DNA from: Proteromonas lacertae
Taxonomy: Eukaryota
Reading direction: 5' to 3'
Assembly (NCBI GenBank): GCA_002245135.1
Contig: NGBS01000895.1
Location: 1 to 64,000, forward strand
DNA length: 64,000 nt
Shown piece by piece: positions 57,074 through 64,000 of the stretch. How positions within the stretch are numbered: the stretch's first letter is position 1; the number at the start of each line of letters is the position of its first letter. Below the pieces are notes generated by a model. The model did not search any database, had not been told where the DNA came from, and saw only the letters and a program-made list of their open reading frames with translations. The position numbers were made by a program, and so were the translations under genes.

Positions 57074-60000
57074 TTATAACATCTCTTCATCCTCTTCACT
57101 ATCTTCCTCTTCTCCTTCCTCTTCTCTCTTCTTTCGATCATCTTCATTTAAATTCCCTGAATCATCTGATAAATTCTCACCAAGCAACTCATATTTTGCT
57201 CCACATAGAGGTAGCCAGATATTTCTGTAAAGCTCATCCAAACTTTGACTCTTCAATCCAAGCTCTTTATTCTTCAAAACTTCACCAATCGAATCTACTA
57301 TAGCCTTGAGTATATTTTCTTTACCAAATTCAAACAAATGATATATAATTTGATTCAAAGCATATTGATAATCAAATATTCTCAACTTTGAAATATTTTT
57401 ATCTAATTCATTCTTATTGCCTATTCTATCACATTTCACTCCACCATCTGCTTTAATAACCAAATCAAATCCTAATATCATCATAAACAATTGAATCAAC
57501 TTATTCGTCACATTCATCCCTTTTACATTTTGTTTCAAATTACTCAAATCAGAGCTTGAAACTGCTTTGGAATGACTATAGAATGAAGGCCAATATAATT
57601 CACCATCATATATGAAATCTTTCTCCAAATATTGATAACCACGAGCTTAAATGTAAAATATCATTTAAATTTCTCTTTGTATATAGTGAAGGTATTTGTT
57701 CATTAAGGTAAGATTCAATCTATATATATAAATATATAAAATAAAAATAATATATATATATATATATATATATACATTATAATTGCCATAGTCTTTACTA
57801 TTAATAATAGATTCATACAATATTGAAGACTTAATCTCATCAACATTTGTTGTTTCAACTACTTTCTTTAACTCATCCATATCAATCATTTTATCTTGGA
57901 AGTATTGAAAGGATGCTCTTAATAACTGTAACTTACTTCTCACACAGTTCAATGATTCTTTATATTTCTTCAACTCTTTCTTATCTTCAAGTGATATTAT
58001 TTCTAAGAAGTGATAATTCTGATACAAATCACCATCAAATGTAAATCGATATTTCATTTCTTTTTGTAACATACTAATATCATGTTTTAACTTGTTATTC
58101 TTTCTGAATATTTCATTATATGAATTTCTAATTTCATTGGTTATTTCTTCCATAAAGAATTGCAATCTCTTTCTATCATTCAAAAACTCGACATTATTTG
58201 TTAATAATCTTACTTTCTTATCTTCATCAACCAACATATCGTTCAAAATATCCAATTTTTCATTAAATACTGTCAAATCAGTCTTTTGTTCCTCCAAACT
58301 TGAATCTAATACTTTCATATCTTTGTTATCTTCATCACCATAATTGATAAAGTTAAATATTTCAATGTTTCTAACTGACTTTCTTTCATTTATGTTTGCA
58401 CTATTTGGTTGTTGTCTATTTGCTGCTATCTTTGCTTGGATTTCTCTATTAAGCTTTTGGATTTGTCCCTTTTTACCATGAATATCTTCCAATATTTCAT
58501 CTATTTCTTCTTCAATACTTTGTTTATCTTCTTTCAACTGTTTAATACTTTGTTGATTATTTGGATTGTTGTTTTCATCAGTATCATAGAATTCTAATTC
58601 TTCTTTCACTTCCTTCAATTGTTCATTTCTATATTCACATTGTTTATTCATAATCTCTAAATCATATTCATATTTAATCACTATAGCTTGATCTGAATAT
58701 ATATTCTATATATATATATATATAAATAACAAAAATGATATATATATACATTATTTGGAATACTCTTAATCAATCCATTATGTTTATTCAATGCATTTCT
58801 TAATGCCTTTATTATATCATCTTTTTCTTTCAATTGATCGTCTAAATCACCATTTTCTATTACTACAGTCTTTGTTCTCTTTTTCATTGTGTTTATTTGG
58901 AAAGTTATTGCTCTTAATTTTTCTTCCAATTCTCTTATATAAACAGCTTGTTTTTCATCTTTTCCTTTGCTTTTTAATTTCTTTATTTCATCCAATAACT
59001 TCTCATTTTCTACTTTGTAATCACTGTTTTCATCAGTTAATTGCTGAATTCTCTTTTCCAATAAGTCATCATTGTTTTCTGCATTTCCACTTGTAAAATT
59101 CGCCAAGATTTCTTCATTCTCTTCTTTCAAACTGTCAACTTGTTCTTGTAAGTCATTCATCTTTTTAATACATGCAGAATGATCAGCATCAACAGTAACT
59201 TCTTGAATAGCATTATTATTCTTTAAATTTTCAATTTCATCTTCCAATTCTTTTATTCTCTTTTCACATTCACTATAATCAGCTTCTTCATTAATATTCT
59301 TTATTATAGTTACATTGTTATTTATATTGTTATTAGTCTGTTCCAAAGTCAAATTTCTTTTCTCTAATTCTTCTATTTTCTTATTCTTTTCATTAATTTC
59401 ATTCTCATTCTTCTTCATTATAGTCAAGTAATTATTGATGGAAGACTGTAAGTTTTTGATTTTGGTATTACATTGAGCATGACTGTCTGGCGTTTTAATT
59501 TCTCCGCTACTTGAACCACTACTCAAAGTGCTATTCTCTCGACTATGAGTTACACTTTTAATCAAATTCAATTGATTAATTTCATCATCTTTTGATTCTA
59601 ATTTCTTCTCCAATATCTTTATTTCATTCTCTTTATCTTTCAAATTGTTTTCCAACTTTTTGGATTTTGTTAAATATGTATTTACTGTTAATTTGAGATT
59701 ATTAATTACCTTATTACATTTAGAATGATCATTCACATATTTGATAATTGTCTTTACTTGTGGTGGTGATTGAGGTTGTGGAGGTGGTGGTGGTGGTGGT
59801 ATAACTTTATCTTCTTCATCATCAACATCAAAATTAAAATGAACTCTGTGAGGATTTGTATTAGACATTTGAGGTGATAATAACTGAGTTTGTAATTTGT
59901 CATTTAATTCTTTGTTTAATACCATCAAGTTACTACTTTTTTGCTATATATATAAATATATATATAATATTATATTTATACTCTTTCTATCATCACTGAT

Positions 60001-61571
60001 TTAGACATATCAGCATTCTGCTTCTTTAATTTCTCAATCTCTAATTCATATTGTCTTTTAAACTCATCCAATTGTTCATTTTTAACTTCTTCTTCCTCAA
60101 CTACTTCCTCAACTACTTTTTCTTTTATTTCTTCTTTTCTTGGTTGAGGTTTAGGTAAAAGTGATGATTTTCTTCTTTGTGATGGAGATTTTGGATTCTT
60201 TGCTATTTCTTCATATTCATCATCATATTCATCATCTTCTTCAACTGCTATTGGATCAGGCATTGTAGGATCTAACTCTGATTTAATTGGTTTCATATAT
60301 TCAGTTTTGACTTTTATTGCTACAGCACCAAATTGTAATGTTCTAATTGTCTCTTTCTTGTGAAGTATCACTGGTGTACAACATAACAAAATAGCTACTC
60401 TTGAACAATGGAATAAGTATGGATATAAATATCTTGTTAGATTTGTTGATCTAAAAAATGTTGGATTTACTTCCTGTAATTCATCTTTTTGAATACCAAT
60501 CTTCTGTTTCTTCAAAATATCACTAAACAAATTAGTTAAATTAAACAATGAAGTATTAATCGAAATAGCTTGTTTTACTTGTAAATGGCTTTGTCCTGGT
60601 TTAGTTTCTATCTTTTCTGATCCTGCTAAATCAATCATACATAAATTACCTTTATATTCGTAAGTTAACATTACATCTTTTCCATGCTCATCCTGCCCCA
60701 TTTGTTCTTTTATCATATTTACAGTAATTTGTATTAATATATGAGATCGACTTGAATTGTTGTTCATTACTGTATTATCCACAACACATCTATATTTATA
60801 TATAATAATGAGAATATTCTTAACATACTTTTCTCTACCACTTCTATACAATTCTAATACTTCTTCGATCAAGGATTCTGTAGATTCTTTAAGATTTGAG
60901 AAGGTATTCTTTGTCACACCTCTCATCTGCAAACCATGGTTATGATCAAAGTGAATGGGTAATGATTTCTTATTGGTTGCTAATAAATCATACATATCAG
61001 TGTTATAATCTTCAACAAACATTACAGTTATTGATTCTACATTACTAGCTTCGCTTGATCGTTCTATTATACGTCGAATCATTAATTGGCATAAGCCTTC
61101 TCTTTCTTCTGTTCCATTAAGTGTGAATGACTTACCGGATCCTGTTTGACCAAATCTATAAATTTATACATATTACATAAACAAAAATACGCAAAAATAC
61201 AAGCATTATAACCACAAAGAACATGATCTATATACTTATCACCGATTTCGTTAAAGCTACAAGATAATATTATCACATATACATATCTAAAGATGGATTG
61301 TCCTTTTCTGGCACTTTATCTGAATCAGTATTTGAAGACTTTAGTGAATTGACTGTTGAACTTAGGATCATCCACAGTAATCCTGTTCTATTTGGCATTA
61401 CAATGCTGAATGTTATACCAATTTACCTTTCTTATTTTCTAAATAGTTTAAATATTTTCTGCATTTTGATGCTCCTAACGACTTTATTTCGTTATCAAGT
61501 ACTGGCCTTATAATTGGAAAAGCCTAAACATTATTAATTACAAAAAATCATACAGATATTTTAGTTGTCAT
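57074..61571 (-). CDS. N-terminal-motor kinesin with long coiled coil and a C-terminal globular domain, multi-exon
   Basis: Spliced GYNACIFA|FGQTGSGKSFT (P-loop), NNNSSRSH (switch I), IDLAGSE (switch II), INTSL, ETIRTLQFG; heptad-rich ORFs joined by (TA)n-containing introns. Confidence 0.88.
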
Positions 61572-62062
61572 TGAAGTACGATGGTAAATAATGAAAAATT
61601 ATATTCAAACTCTTCAAGCCCAACAGTCATAATGTTTAGTTATTATAAATAATAGTTAATTATTATAGAGAAAATAACTATACATACCAAAATTTCATTT
61701 TTCAAAATTTTAATCTATCAATATGGTTTATTTATGTGATTAATTTATTTTGGGGGTATATTCTACCAATATTGAAAGGTTTATGTAATAATTAACTGAA
61801 CTTCATGGAAACATAGTATGAAATGTTGATTTTATGGATATAAACTTCTTCACAATGATGATGTTACCACTATTGTTACCATTTCTGCCTTTTTATCGTA
61901 CTTGATCAATGCAAATGGATAAGTCTATCGATATACCGTTGTATTACGTATATGTATGTAATAATCTATGTATAATAAATTGATGACAACTCACTTCTTA
62001 CTCATAATCAAATAAAGAGTTCCAATAATTATAGTCGTTTTACTGTAATTTTTTTGTTTTTA

Positions 62063-63542
62063 ATGAATATAGAATATAGAGTGCATAGAATTGAACCTTT
62101 GAAAAACAAAAACATTAATGAGTACATAAAGAATGTTTATGGTGATTTATTAGAGGTATATATTTATTTGCTTATTATAGTCATATTTACCATTAAAAAC
62201 TCAAAATGATATTGTTATGTATGAGATATATAAAAAAGATTTAAGCAGAAAAGAAATTTTGAAAGTAATTCCTACAAAGAATTATAATTCTTCGATTTTA
62301 AGTGATTTTAAAAAGAAAATTGAGTTTATTAATTCAATATTTGGAGAGAATGATGGTTTATTAAAAAGCAGTATTGTAAAAGTAAATGAAGCTGATCCAT
62401 ATTTGATTATTAGTCGTTATAAGAATAATAAAACTTTAGAAGATATGAATGATATAGAATTAATAAATATATTTAAAGAAATAGGAAGTTATCCATTGTT
62501 AAAAACGTTATGTAGAGTATTGAGAGTGTTTCATGAAAATGGTTATTATCATGGTGGAATAAAATTGAGTAATATAATATTAATAAAACAAATAAAACAA
62601 GAAAAATTTGAATTTTTAATTTGTGATTATTTTTATCTGCTATTGAATAAGAATAAATCAATAATTACTAAAGAAAATGTGAATTATGTAAGTCCAGAAG
62701 AATTAACAAACATAGAATTAGATGTAAAGAAAGATATGTGGAATATTGGAATAATATTATACAAAATTTTAAGTGGTAAATTTCCATTTGATGGTAATTC
62801 AATAGAAACAAAACAAAAGAAAATATTTAATGCGCAATTTGATGATTTAGATATAAAATTTAAAGATAAGATAAACCCATTAATTCATAAATTATTAAAA
62901 AAAGAGAGTAAAAACAGATTATCAATCAAAGAATTTGAAAATGTAATTGATAAAATTAATTCTAACATTTATATTGGTGATTCAATTCATTTTGTTGAAA
63001 AAAGGAAAGAAGAAAAAGGAGTAGTATTTATTCCTGATTTTAATCACAACAATATTTCTATAAACGACAATGGAACAACAATTATAAACACTGTTGGTGG
63101 TGCTGAATCACATTGTTATTTAAATATGGAAATCAAAGATGAAGCAATACATCACTTTATATTCAAATTGAATCGTGGTAATAATGGAATATTCTTTGGT
63201 TGTTCTACAAATAGTGAATATGTAGGAGATGATTTATCAGACAATGAAACATCATGCAGTATTGGTTTTCATAATTATTATTGTTATTTATATGGATCAA
63301 ATGGAAATAAGATGATAGATGATGAGTTAGACAACATCGATATAAAGGAAGGAGAAGAATATGAAATAATATTTAACATGAAAGAAAACACAGTTTCTAT
63401 AAAACAAAGAAATTGTGATGAAATAATATTATTCACAGATATACAGAAAAAATTGTATATATTTGCTAGTATTTACAAAAAGAATGATTCAGTTAGTATT
63501 ATAAAATACTGGAAAATAGATTACAACAATATGAATGAATAA
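62063..63542 (+). CDS. Pseudokinase fused to a SPRY-like domain
   Basis: Kinase C-lobe NYVSPEE, DMWNIGIILYKILSGKFPF; catalytic loop YHGGIKLSNI and DYF instead of HRD/DFG; C-terminal ISINDNGTTI..HCYLNM..IFFGCSTN..YEIIFNMKE..LYIFA is homologous to the SPRY ends of the BTB genes. Confidence 0.85.
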
Positions 63543-64000
63543 TGTCATTTCTCTTTTTAAAAATTAACATCTCATTGCATTAATTTGCATATTTTTTTTA
63601 TTTTGCTATCTTGTTTTCTGTATATGTTGAATGATATAGCTTTTTATAATTTGGGTTACAAAATTCCATTTAAGATAACCACTGAACAAAGAATGAAATT
63701 GAAAGGAATTAACATGAAAAAACTATGGAGACAAGCAAATTAGCTGATAAAAAAATTAGACAGTTTTACTGGTATTGAATAATAAAATCATAGCAAAAAT
63801 CTAAACAAATATACATCTTGATATTACTTCCATATAATAACTAGAATAGTATTAATGTGTAAGAATAAGTATTTAATTCATTTACTGTGACAATTATAAT
63901 AGGAGTTACTTATAGTTAAATTATTTTATGCTTTTTAGCTGTTATTCAAAATTACATTTTTTTGTTATTCAACCAGTTATGCTGATATATTAGTCATCTT

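Noticed and set aside
54910..59980. (TA)n tracts (e.g. ~54912, ~57750, ~58710, ~59946) as regulatory or mobile repeats
   Set aside because: They lie inside short GT-AG introns and are ordinary microsatellites; ORF-track translations such as YIYIYI are intron read-through.
87..62661. Short antisense and alternative-frame ORFs in the track (e.g. 952-1203, 7822-8064, 19158-19391, 33722-33956, 58092-58343)
   Set aside because: They overlap well-supported genes on the other strand or frame and have no recognisable motifs.
1..64000. tRNA, rRNA or CRISPR arrays; genes needing polyadenylation-created stop codons
   Set aside because: No cloverleaf, rRNA-like or repeat-spacer patterns were seen, and every gene I could model has a genomic stop codon.

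Overview
Very AT-rich, gene-dense eukaryotic DNA with many tiny (about 24-37 nt) GT-AG introns. It resembles a Blastocystis/Opalinata-type gut stramenopile, though that identity is an inference. (1) 1-~6230 is the flank of an integrated Polinton/adintovirus-like element: a frameshift-broken protein-primed family B DNA polymerase, three orphan ORFs, a repeated CCAAT + AAAAATATATCCGTTTCA promoter cassette and a hairpin-bearing boundary. (2) ~6.7-33 kb holds host genes: nicalin, ORC4, a p400/SWR1-like protein with a dead ATPase, mRNA cap methyltransferase, RPL3, a poly(A) polymerase paralogue lacking two catalytic aspartates, decayed Crinkler/RHS-like NTPase-REase genes, a scramblase and a UFD1/zinc-finger protein. 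An inverted pair of BTB-Ig-SPRY genes here is near-identical except for hypervariable SPRY patches. (3) ~33.3-50 kb is a 15-gene, mostly intronless, operon-tight island of type II membrane glycosyl-, methyl- and LicD-type transferases, including a stop/start overlap, a zero-gap divergent gene pair and an inverted gene-converted fucosyltransferase pair. (4) 50-64 kb holds a third BTB-Ig-SPRY gene, an ARM protein, ELP6, a SHAQKYF-class MYB, a kinesin and a pseudokinase-SPRY gene. Family assignments come from motif recognition by eye, and several single-base frameshifts may be assembly errors.
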